Positions 5,874 to 13,286 of a stretch of 18,921 nt of DNA are shown in pieces. This DNA comes from a virus. A program made the translations under genes and the position numbers. The stretch is from positions 1 through 18,921 of the IMG/VR virus record IMGVR_UViG_3300045988_049202; one strand, given 5' to 3'. Every line of letters starts with the position of its first letter. Position 1 is the first letter of the stretch. The notes beneath the pieces are model-generated. The model saw only the letters and a program-made list of their open reading frames with translations. It was not told the origin of the DNA and searched no databases.

Positions 5874-6290
5874 CTATTTCTTGGTGCCGACACGGACGAT
5901 GCCGTTCGCGTCCTTATACATCGAATCAAGCTCGGTCGCCGTCAATCCGAGCGTACTGGGCTGTGATCCGGTTTTATCGACCTTGCCCGCAAGTCCCGAG
6001 GTGAGCGCGCCGGTGGTGGCGAAACCGCTTGTATCCGGGATGTCGGTTTTGCGTGCGATGGTGTCCGCCACGCCCAAAGGGGAACCGGATGTGCCGTTAC
6101 CGGTAAGGTCGGCGGTGTGCGCCACCGTCGTAAGCCCACCCTCAGTAGCCGACGCGATATCGTCGGCATTCTGTTTGAGCTGTGCGTCGATTTTCGCCAT
6201 GTCGCCGTTATAGTCACCGAGCCACGTGGGCCGGTCGGAACCAGCGAACTGCGAGAGGTTATAGTTTCCGGTATGGTTGGATGCGGTCAT
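5874..6290 (-). CDS. Short tail fibre/appendage protein sharing the N-terminal adaptor motif
   Basis: 138 aa. The N-terminus HTGNYNLSQFAGSDRPTWLGDYNGDMAKIDAQL is paralogous to the N-terminus of the 4383-5858 product. SD AAAGGA lies upstream of ATG 6290. Confidence 0.6.
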   Translation of the reverse strand: MTASNHTGNYNLSQFAGSDRPTWLGDYNGDMAKIDAQLKQNADDIASATEGGLTTVAHTADLTGNGTSGSPLGVADTIARKTDIPDTSGFATTGALTSGLAGKVDKTGSQPSTLGLTATELDSMYKDANGIVRVGTKK

Positions 6291-6295
6291 GGTGA

Positions 6296-6931
6296 TTATT
6301 CCTTTCTGTCAAAATTGTCAGCGGTCGGGTTACGTTCGACATAACGTGCATCCGCCTCCGTTTGCGTGATAAACGCCATGTCGGCGGGCGGATTCTCGGG
6401 CATGGATTTTCCGTAGGGGAATTGCGAGCGTCCGGGGAAGTCGCCGGGGACGCAATTATCGACGGCAGTTGCTCTCAAGTCGTATTCACGGGCACCAAGG
6501 GTAAGCCCGTCGTATTCCTGCGCGGTCAACTGCATGTTATCGTAGTCGCCACAGAACAGTCCGTGATTGCGCGCATTATCGTACATGCCGCCGAGCACGT
6601 CCCCGAGCGGCTTTATGGTGCCGTACACTGGGGAGGTTGCCACGCCCTGCTGTTCCATTTCGTGAATCAGGGCCAGCAGTTCCGCACGTAAATCGGACAT
6701 GGCCTTGTTGATTTGCGCCACGGTATCCGCAAGAGCCTTGTCCACGGATTCCGCGAGGTCGCTGGTGGTCTCCTCCAGTTTGCTCAAATCGCATTGGAGG
6801 ATATCGAGATTATGACGCAGGCATTCAATCAACTGCAACGTGGTCAGACCATCCCGATACGTGAACGGAACGGACGTGGGCACCCCGTCAAACAATCGTT
6901 GCCGTGGAATCAGCGCGTTGATGGCAGCCAT
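6296..6931 (-). CDS. Tail/appendage-associated structural protein (coiled-coil; function unknown)
   Basis: 211 aa counted from ATG 6931, which has SD GGGAG 6 nt upstream; the track start at 6943 has no usable spacing. It has a central coiled-coil-like segment and an ITQTEADARYV string of the kind common in phage fibre proteins. It lies between the lower collar and the fibres. Confidence 0.5.
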   Translation of the reverse strand: MAAINALIPRQRLFDGVPTSVPFTYRDGLTTLQLIECLRHNLDILQCDLSKLEETTSDLAESVDKALADTVAQINKAMSDLRAELLALIHEMEQQGVATSPVYGTIKPLGDVLGGMYDNARNHGLFCGDYDNMQLTAQEYDGLTLGAREYDLRATAVDNCVPGDFPGRSQFPYGKSMPENPPADMAFITQTEADARYVERNPTADNFDRKE

Positions 6932-6933
6932 GA

Positions 6934-7728
6934 TTACTCCCATTCTCCATAGTTATGGCAGTTACTGAAAATTGTATCATATGACCCCCACACCTGCATG
7001 AAACACGGTTCGAGGCTCCGCACGATTTCCATGTCCACATTGATAATCGCATTGCGATATTCGGTAATGAGGCTCATTGCAGACTGAGACCGGCCCGACG
7101 TGTGGGATGAACTCCTGCCGTCTGTCGCGTCATGTTGCCATTCCGTGCTGGATGTGCTATGCGATTGCGACGTGGTGCCTTGCGTGCTATGGCTACTGCC
7201 GTCCGTATCCGCTTGCGCCTGATTGGCGTGAGTCGCATACCGAGCGAAGTCGCCTTGTACGCCTGTTGCCGGAACCTCAGAATCATATGACTGGGACTTG
7301 GTGCTACTTGAACTAGTGCCGTCCGATATGCTTTTGGTCGAACTATCCTGAGACGCGCTGGTTTTGCCGCTGGACTGGGCTACCGTGTTGGATGTGTTTT
7401 CACTGGTCATTTCCACGGTGTTCAGCGGGTCGTATTTCAATGCTAGCGTCCGATAACGCTCATTAAAATACGGCATGATTTCCGCCATCGTCATCCCCAG
7501 ATAGAAGATGAATTGTTGCGCGGTTTCCTGTCCTATCTCCCTAAGCGCGTAATGGCGAACGATTTTCTCGTTCAACTCGGCACGATGGTTTTCATCATAG
7601 ATCGGGTAATAGTCGGCGCTGAGATGTAGTTTAGTGTCAGTGTCGTAGCCCATGTTAATGAGGTTGCCGAGTGTTTCGGTGTACTCTCCGGGCGTTTCCA
7701 TTGCATAGGCGCTGAAATCCTGTGTCAT
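6934..7728 (-). CDS. Lower collar protein (gp11 analogue) with Ser/Thr-rich insertion
   Basis: 264 aa, immediately downstream of the connector gene with a 1-nt TAATG overlap. The N-terminal third (REIGQETAQQFIFYLGMTMAEIMPYFNERY) resembles lower-collar proteins of small podophages as I recall them. The assignment rests mainly on synteny. Confidence 0.55.
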   Translation of the reverse strand: MTQDFSAYAMETPGEYTETLGNLINMGYDTDTKLHLSADYYPIYDENHRAELNEKIVRHYALREIGQETAQQFIFYLGMTMAEIMPYFNERYRTLALKYDPLNTVEMTSENTSNTVAQSSGKTSASQDSSTKSISDGTSSSSTKSQSYDSEVPATGVQGDFARYATHANQAQADTDGSSHSTQGTTSQSHSTSSTEWQHDATDGRSSSHTSGRSQSAMSLITEYRNAIINVDMEIVRSLEPCFMQVWGSYDTIFSNCHNYGEWE

Positions 7729-8678
7729 TACAGTACACCTCCGATACCCGCGTCATACGAGGCGGGCATATCAATATCAGTCGTGCCCGAAGTGCAGGAA
7801 TCCAGCGCGTTGGGAACACCGGAGCTTTGCGCGTCCGCATACTCAACCCAGACATTGAGCGATGGCCACAGTCGGTTGATTTCCGTCGCCGCCGTCTGCC
7901 GAGCCTTCAGGAAACTCAACCGGAACACGTCCGTTTTCTCATTGGCCTGCGCCACCTCGTCGGAGATAAGACGTTCCTTTTTCTCCGTGCCGGAAGACTG
8001 GATACCGAGATACCCCAACACCTCATTAGTCACCTGCGTTTTCTGTTGGATGAACTTGTCCAACAGATACGGGGTGGTGTTGGGCCACGGCTGGAACATG
8101 CTACCGGGGTCGAGCGAATCATAGCCGATAATATAATCCTGTCCATCCTGCCGTTGCTGTAGCATGTTTTGCACGGTGAGTTTCGTACGTGGGTCGGCGG
8201 TGATAATGGTCGGAAGCTTCAGGCTCTCCAGATTCACGTCATACGCCTTGTCAATGTCCGCCAAGCGTCGAGCGTACTGCCATAGGATATCCTTGAACGA
8301 CATTCTCATGCGATTATCCCAAATCGGGATGCACTCCGTGCCCGCCTTGAGTTGCTTGTAATGATAGTTGACTCCGACCGGCTCAAAACACGTCGGATTA
8401 TTATACACGTTCAACCGGCCTTGATACCCGGCCTGCGTGGCAAGGAACCTGCCGATACGTTTGTCCTCGAAGAACAGTGCGCAACCGTATTCACAGAGAC
8501 ACATTTCCAACCATCGTTCATCCACTGTCGGCGGCAGTCCCCGCCAACTGAACCGGTTCAATGCCAGTTCAGTCAGCAGATGATAGTACATTGCATCAAG
8601 GCCGGCGGCGCGCGCCTTCGCGTAGTTGCCACGCGGATGCAACGCGCCCCCGACCCGATTCCTTTTAGACCTGCTCAT
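7728..8678 (-). CDS. Head-tail connector / portal (upper collar), phi29 gp10 family
   Basis: Two matches to the recalled gp10 sequence: FSWRGLPPTVDERWLEMCLCEYGCALFF vs [28 protein letters not shown], and YLGIQSSGTEKKERLISDEV vs [20 protein letters not shown]. The size (316 aa) and position also fit. Confidence 0.85.
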   Translation of the reverse strand: MSRSKRNRVGGALHPRGNYAKARAAGLDAMYYHLLTELALNRFSWRGLPPTVDERWLEMCLCEYGCALFFEDKRIGRFLATQAGYQGRLNVYNNPTCFEPVGVNYHYKQLKAGTECIPIWDNRMRMSFKDILWQYARRLADIDKAYDVNLESLKLPTIITADPRTKLTVQNMLQQRQDGQDYIIGYDSLDPGSMFQPWPNTTPYLLDKFIQQKTQVTNEVLGYLGIQSSGTEKKERLISDEVAQANEKTDVFRLSFLKARQTAATEINRLWPSLNVWVEYADAQSSGVPNALDSCTSGTTDIDMPASYDAGIGGVL

Positions 8679-8690
8679 ACTACCATCATA

Positions 8691-10943
8691 TCACTCATAA
8701 CTGATGCCCGGCAGTGGATCATTGTCCGCCCAATCGGTCACGCCGATATCATCCGGGTTAGTCCATATAGTAGCCCCAGACTCGAACACGCCCTTGATGG
8801 TCTGCCGATACTGCTCGGGCAAATCACCTCGCACGTAACACTCTTGCATCTGCCAGTAAGTGAATTTTGTCATACATTCCAGCGATTGCGGCGGCGTGAT
8901 GAAACGCTGGACAAAATACCCGTAGCGTAACATGTACTCTCCGACGCTACGCAGAGCTGAGGGTGCGCACGTCTTGAATCGAACCAACACCCCGACAATG
9001 CCGTTTGCAAGATTGAATCCGTCTCCACCGATGGCACCGGACGTGGTAGGGGGCGTCAACTGCATTTGCTGGACTTGCGCATTAATCCCGGCGATAGTGT
9101 TTTGGTAGTCTCCGAACGCGGAACGTTGCGCGTAATCCGCGTTCATATCCGCCATATTTTGGGCCAACTGGTTCGAAAGCGCTGTAGTCTGAGAGCCGTA
9201 TGTGTTGGCCTGACTTGTTGTGGCCGCGTTGGTACTCAGCGAGTTCGCCGTGGAAAGTTGGGCGGCGGTATTGTTGATACTGCGGTTCGCTTCGGTGTTG
9301 ACACCATTCATGACCGCACCGCCTAATGCCGATACCGCGCCCCCGACATTACCTGAAGCGGCGTTACCCGCCACCCCGACCACGCCGTTAACCACGTTAT
9401 TCAGCTGTGCGAGGTCAGCTCGCTGATTGTTGATATACGTCGTGTTGTCCAGCCCGGTGTTAAGAGCTGTCGCTTGAATTGCGTTATTGGCGTTGCGGTT
9501 GCCGATAGCGAGTTTGTTGGCTTGGGTATTGTACTGGTTTTGCATGGCCGTGGCCGCAAGAGACTGACTGATGCCCATCTGCGCTTTTTGGTACGCCCAG
9601 TCAGCTGACTGCTGATTATAGGCGCGAGTGTAGGCACTGTTTGCCATTGCCAACTGGGCACCATTGTTGACTATCACAAATTGAGGGAAATTGCTGATAC
9701 CAAACGCGGCGTCCAACATTTCCCCGCTATCAATGGGCAACCCATTGTTTTCATCAAGAGGAGCAATCTCGCTTGCACCCGCCTTATTGTACCCAACCGG
9801 GTAAAAGTTCAAGCGCGCGCCATTGGGCGCGTAATTATGCACCTCTCTAATAACCAGATTATCGCTTTGGATATTTTCGGGCTTATAGGTGATATTAGTG
9901 CCATTCAAGCAAGTGCATTCAACAGTGGAATAGGGGTAGCATTTGAGTTTTTTAAGGTTTTTATAACGTTTAGGGATATTAAAATTATCACGAAAATCAT
10001 TAATGGTAATAATGTCTTCATACCTGCTGGGCGCATTTGTGGCCGACTGGGGGAAACGGTAGATACGATTATTTAATTCCGAAGGGAGTGTTTTCCCAAA
10101 CAGCTTATCTACGACATAGCCGGATTGCTTGAGAAAGTCATCGTCTAAAGAAGGTATCATATACATGTTTACAATACCCTGTGTTATCCATGAAAAAGTA
10201 GAGCCAACACCCATAAACACTCGGATAGACTGGATGTCCTTAAAGTACAGTATTTCAGCACCATTGGCCATGTTCTCAAACAGAGAGCCGCCCGCAGTAG
10301 TGAGAGACGGTTTTTCCTGACTTCCCGCGTCCGCTGACAAATCTACCGTGCTCACGACTATTACGCCGTAATTCAGATTTTTCCCGTCCATGCTGATAAG
10401 AGACTTGTACTGTTGGCTTACCGTCACCATTTCACTGCCGGTGTCCAGCCCTTCGGGTAGTGCGAGATAACTGCGGCCATAATCGGTCATCTGGTTTTCG
10501 TTGGCAATGCCGATATGACCGCGCACGATATAACATGAACCAAACCTAAGCACATGCTGGAATGACTGCCAAACGTCCAACTGCACGGTGAGCTGAGTAG
10601 TGTACGCATTGATGTAATCCACGTGGTTGATGAAGTAATACCAATATCGCGGCGACTCCAAGTCGGGGTAATCGTTATACACCACGACATAGTTGTAGTT
10701 GGACGCCTCGTTGAATGGCAGTTCGACGCGCACGGGTTGCCCGAACATGTGCATGACTCCATGCACCCTGTCAACACCGGGCTGTCGGTCGAACCATTCC
10801 TGTTGTTTCTGCGGTGACTCGAACCGGGCTAGGTCACGGTAACTGCTATCCCACGGCACGTTACAGAGTTTCAACGACGTGTTTGGCGTCCATTGCGCCC
10901 AGTTAAACGTCGCCTCGACGTTAGGGTTGATATCTCTCAGCAT
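8691..10943 (-). CDS. Tail knob / distal tail tube protein (gp9 analogue)
   Basis: 750 aa, the largest ORF, located between the capsid and connector genes as phi29 gene 9 is. It contains a ~195-aa N/Q/A/G/T-rich low-complexity segment. SD AAAGGGA precedes ATG 10943. I recognised no strong motif, so the call rests on synteny and size. Confidence 0.5.
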   Translation of the reverse strand: MLRDINPNVEATFNWAQWTPNTSLKLCNVPWDSSYRDLARFESPQKQQEWFDRQPGVDRVHGVMHMFGQPVRVELPFNEASNYNYVVVYNDYPDLESPRYWYYFINHVDYINAYTTQLTVQLDVWQSFQHVLRFGSCYIVRGHIGIANENQMTDYGRSYLALPEGLDTGSEMVTVSQQYKSLISMDGKNLNYGVIVVSTVDLSADAGSQEKPSLTTAGGSLFENMANGAEILYFKDIQSIRVFMGVGSTFSWITQGIVNMYMIPSLDDDFLKQSGYVVDKLFGKTLPSELNNRIYRFPQSATNAPSRYEDIITINDFRDNFNIPKRYKNLKKLKCYPYSTVECTCLNGTNITYKPENIQSDNLVIREVHNYAPNGARLNFYPVGYNKAGASEIAPLDENNGLPIDSGEMLDAAFGISNFPQFVIVNNGAQLAMANSAYTRAYNQQSADWAYQKAQMGISQSLAATAMQNQYNTQANKLAIGNRNANNAIQATALNTGLDNTTYINNQRADLAQLNNVVNGVVGVAGNAASGNVGGAVSALGGAVMNGVNTEANRSINNTAAQLSTANSLSTNAATTSQANTYGSQTTALSNQLAQNMADMNADYAQRSAFGDYQNTIAGINAQVQQMQLTPPTTSGAIGGDGFNLANGIVGVLVRFKTCAPSALRSVGEYMLRYGYFVQRFITPPQSLECMTKFTYWQMQECYVRGDLPEQYRQTIKGVFESGATIWTNPDDIGVTDWADNDPLPGISYE

Positions 10944-10956
10944 ATTATCCCTTTCA

Positions 10957-10996
10957 CAAAAAAATAAGGGGAGTGTTTCACGTGAAACACTCCCCT
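10957..10996 (-). terminator. Strong rho-independent terminator after the capsid gene
   Basis: A perfect 32-nt palindrome AAGGGGAGTGTTTCACGTGAAACACTCCCCTT (10965-10996) is followed on the minus strand by AUUUUUUUG (complement of 10956-10964). Confidence 0.85.
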
Positions 10997-11007
10997 TTAT
11001 TGTATCA

Positions 11008-12735
11008 CTAGGATACTGTCACCTGCTTCTTGCCGGATACGCCGAACAGCGTGGCGGTGATATCAGAGGTGCCTGTCTTGACGCCCTTGACCACACCCGA
11101 CTCGGACACCGTGGCGTTGGCCGGGGTGCCTGATGTCCAAGCGGCCTGCATGGTCACGTCGGCGGTTCGCCCGTCAATCATGGTCGCCGTGGCGGTCGCC
11201 TGCACCGATTTACCCACTCCTACATTCGGGACGTTGACGGCAATCGACGCGATAATCGACGGATTGAAGCCGATAACACCCTCGCCAACCACCGGCACGT
11301 CCAGAGCGGCGGATACGGTGCCCGGCACCTCCGGCGTCGCCGGATTCGTATACAAGGCGGTAGCCGTAACCGGGATAGTGGTGTTCGGCTCATCGAGGCC
11401 GACCACCAGTACGCCGGTGGGCGAAATATACGTGTAATCGCTCTTCGGCTTAACGGTGTCTCCGATAGCGTACTCAACCGCGTCCGAACGGAACGTGGCC
11501 GTGCCATCATTGCCGATGGTCGTGTCGGCTGTGACCTGTACCGCGCCGCCACGCGCCACGTTCGACGGGGTGGTCGAGCCACCGCCGTACATGGCGAGTT
11601 TAAGCTGGAAGGTCGGCGTCTTGGCCGTCGTACCGGTAGGAGCCACCACCTTGGCGGTGGAACCCGCGCCCGTCCAGAACATGACGGCGGGGGCGAAACC
11701 AGACACCGAGATAATGTGCTGGACATGCAGATAATGATTGACCGAATTGATATTAACCGGATTGGTCTGCTGGGTCATCTCATTGATAACGGGAATATCG
11801 ATAAGGAATTTATCCGTGGTGAGAATCGCCTGCACGCCATCAATGCCGAACCTGTCCTGCGGGATAACGATGATCCGGTCGATGGTCGGCTCCGCGTCGG
11901 TACGCTGGAACACCGTGGCCAGACCCTGCACGTCAAGCGCCGACTTGACTTCAGGCGAGCAGAACAGTACAAGTTCGTCGGGGCGGGCAAACGTCGGCAT
12001 GTGACGCGCATTATACCGAGTGGACACGAATTTCAGCGTGTCCGCCCAAGCGCGAATCTGGCGCAACATGTCGCGGGCGTCGGTTTCCGTCGAACCCATG
12101 TCGTTAAGGTCGTGCCCCATGTGTACGCGCCAATATCCGCCGAGCTTCGCATACTCGACAAACTGGTGGCACATGGCCTCGAACAAGTCAACCTCGGCGG
12201 CATTGTAGCAGGAGGTGAGAATCTGGGAGGTGAGCGAGGCCAAACCGTTTTCGGAGGTGAAGGCGCGCTGGAGCGTCTTGTCATCCGTGGTCGCCGGGTA
12301 GAAGTGGGCAAAGTCGAGACGATGGTAGAGGCTATCCACGTCGATTTTCCATTTGCGGAAATTGTCCGCGCCCAAGTATTCCGCGTCCGGGTCGTACACC
12401 TGTGCGAGCGGCATACCTACGGCGATTTCCTGCCACGTGTCGCCATACGCCTGAGATGCACGCTGGAACACGCTCAGCGGGTTGTTCCAACGCCACGTGT
12501 TCACGTAGGTTCCGCCGATACGGTTCACCAAGGCCGAATAGAACTCGTTCTTGAGCTGGGTGCTGGACATGAGGGTGGCCATCTGCCTGTCCATGTTCAT
12601 CTGGGTGGCCGAGGGCATACGCCGCTGATATTCGGGGGACGCCTCGTTGCGAATCATGTTGAGGATTTGCGCGTTATTGAATTCGGTGAGCGGGCGAAGC
12701 TGTTGCTTGGGCGTCACCACTGGGGTGGTTGGCAT
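11008..12735 (-). CDS. Major capsid protein with two C-terminal Ig-like (Big_2-type) domains
   Basis: 575 aa counted from ATG 12735, which has SD AGGAAGGA 9 nt upstream. It directly follows the scaffold-like gene and is followed by a strong terminator. The C-terminus ...VQATATATMIDGRTADVTMQAAWTSGTPANATVSESGVVKGVKTGTSDITATLFGVSGKKQVTVS is a typical Big_2 signature; phi29 gp8 also carries an Ig-like domain. Confidence 0.75.
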   Translation of the reverse strand: MPTTPVVTPKQQLRPLTEFNNAQILNMIRNEASPEYQRRMPSATQMNMDRQMATLMSSTQLKNEFYSALVNRIGGTYVNTWRWNNPLSVFQRASQAYGDTWQEIAVGMPLAQVYDPDAEYLGADNFRKWKIDVDSLYHRLDFAHFYPATTDDKTLQRAFTSENGLASLTSQILTSCYNAAEVDLFEAMCHQFVEYAKLGGYWRVHMGHDLNDMGSTETDARDMLRQIRAWADTLKFVSTRYNARHMPTFARPDELVLFCSPEVKSALDVQGLATVFQRTDAEPTIDRIIVIPQDRFGIDGVQAILTTDKFLIDIPVINEMTQQTNPVNINSVNHYLHVQHIISVSGFAPAVMFWTGAGSTAKVVAPTGTTAKTPTFQLKLAMYGGGSTTPSNVARGGAVQVTADTTIGNDGTATFRSDAVEYAIGDTVKPKSDYTYISPTGVLVVGLDEPNTTIPVTATALYTNPATPEVPGTVSAALDVPVVGEGVIGFNPSIIASIAVNVPNVGVGKSVQATATATMIDGRTADVTMQAAWTSGTPANATVSESGVVKGVKTGTSDITATLFGVSGKKQVTVS

Positions 12736-12757
12736 GATAGTTATTCCTTCCTGATTA

Positions 12758-13099
12758 TTAGTCCTCGAATAGGTCATCGAATGTACTGTAAGTACCGTTG
12801 TAGTCATCGTCGGTCATTTCAGCCGATTCCTGCGTCGTATTATCGTCCGGGCCGTCGTTGAGCACGTGGTCGGCGGCGGCGTCGCGCATTGCCTCAATGG
12901 TTTTGGATAGTTCGGCCACGGTCGCTTCCAAGGCGTCCAACCGGTTGGTCATGTCGGCGTCCTTATCGTCGCCCGCGTCCTCCGGTTCGCCATTGTCCTG
13001 CGTTTCAGGCTCCGGGTTCGGCGTATTGTCGCCGGTCGGCTCGGCGTCCGGCTCGGTGTCGGACGTGGTGTCCGGCTCGGTGTTTTCGGTATCGTCCAT
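12758..13099 (-). CDS. Scaffolding protein candidate (highly acidic, short coiled coil)
   Basis: 113 aa counted from ATG 13099, which has SD AAGGGG 5 nt upstream. The protein is very D/E-rich with a central helix-like segment NRLDALEATVAELSKTIEAMRDAAAD. It lies directly upstream of the capsid gene, as phi29 gene 7 does. Confidence 0.55.
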   Translation of the reverse strand: MDDTENTEPDTTSDTEPDAEPTGDNTPNPEPETQDNGEPEDAGDDKDADMTNRLDALEATVAELSKTIEAMRDAAADHVLNDGPDDNTTQESAEMTDDDYNGTYSTFDDLFED

Positions 13100-13112
13100 A
13101 ATCACCCCTTAA

Positions 13113-13283
13113 AGTAAGTGGCATGGCGGCAATCACGCCGTCATGCCGGTTTGCTAGGCTGTGCGGGTTCCCTCGCCGTCGCTGGGCGTTGGCTACGCAC
13201 GTCTACATCCGACCGAATCGCCTTACCGACTTGCCTTACGGTCGGGCCATCGAATCGACTTGGGACGCACACCCCGCTACCGG
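13113..13283 (-). ncRNA. Candidate structured RNA (pRNA-like position) ending in a terminator-like hairpin
   Basis: The gap between the polymerase stop (13287) and the scaffold SD has no ORF. Long-range complementarity links 13266-13283 (CGCACACCCCGCTACCGG) with 13146-13165 (CCGGTTTGCTAGGCTGTGCG). An internal 7-bp inverted repeat pairs 13209-13215 with 13239-13245. An 11-bp hairpin pairs 13120-13130 with 13137-13147 and is followed on the minus strand by ACUUACUUU. Confidence 0.3.
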
Positions 13284-13286
13284 ATA

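Noticed and set aside
11716-12861. A long 381-aa ORF antisense to the capsid gene; similar antisense ORFs occur at 4071-4619, 7722-8162, 8352-8930, 15970-16314 and 16970-17587
   Set aside because: All are antisense to well-supported genes and rich in R/G/V/H, as expected from reading the coding strand backwards. They lack SD sequences and would break the compact operon structure.
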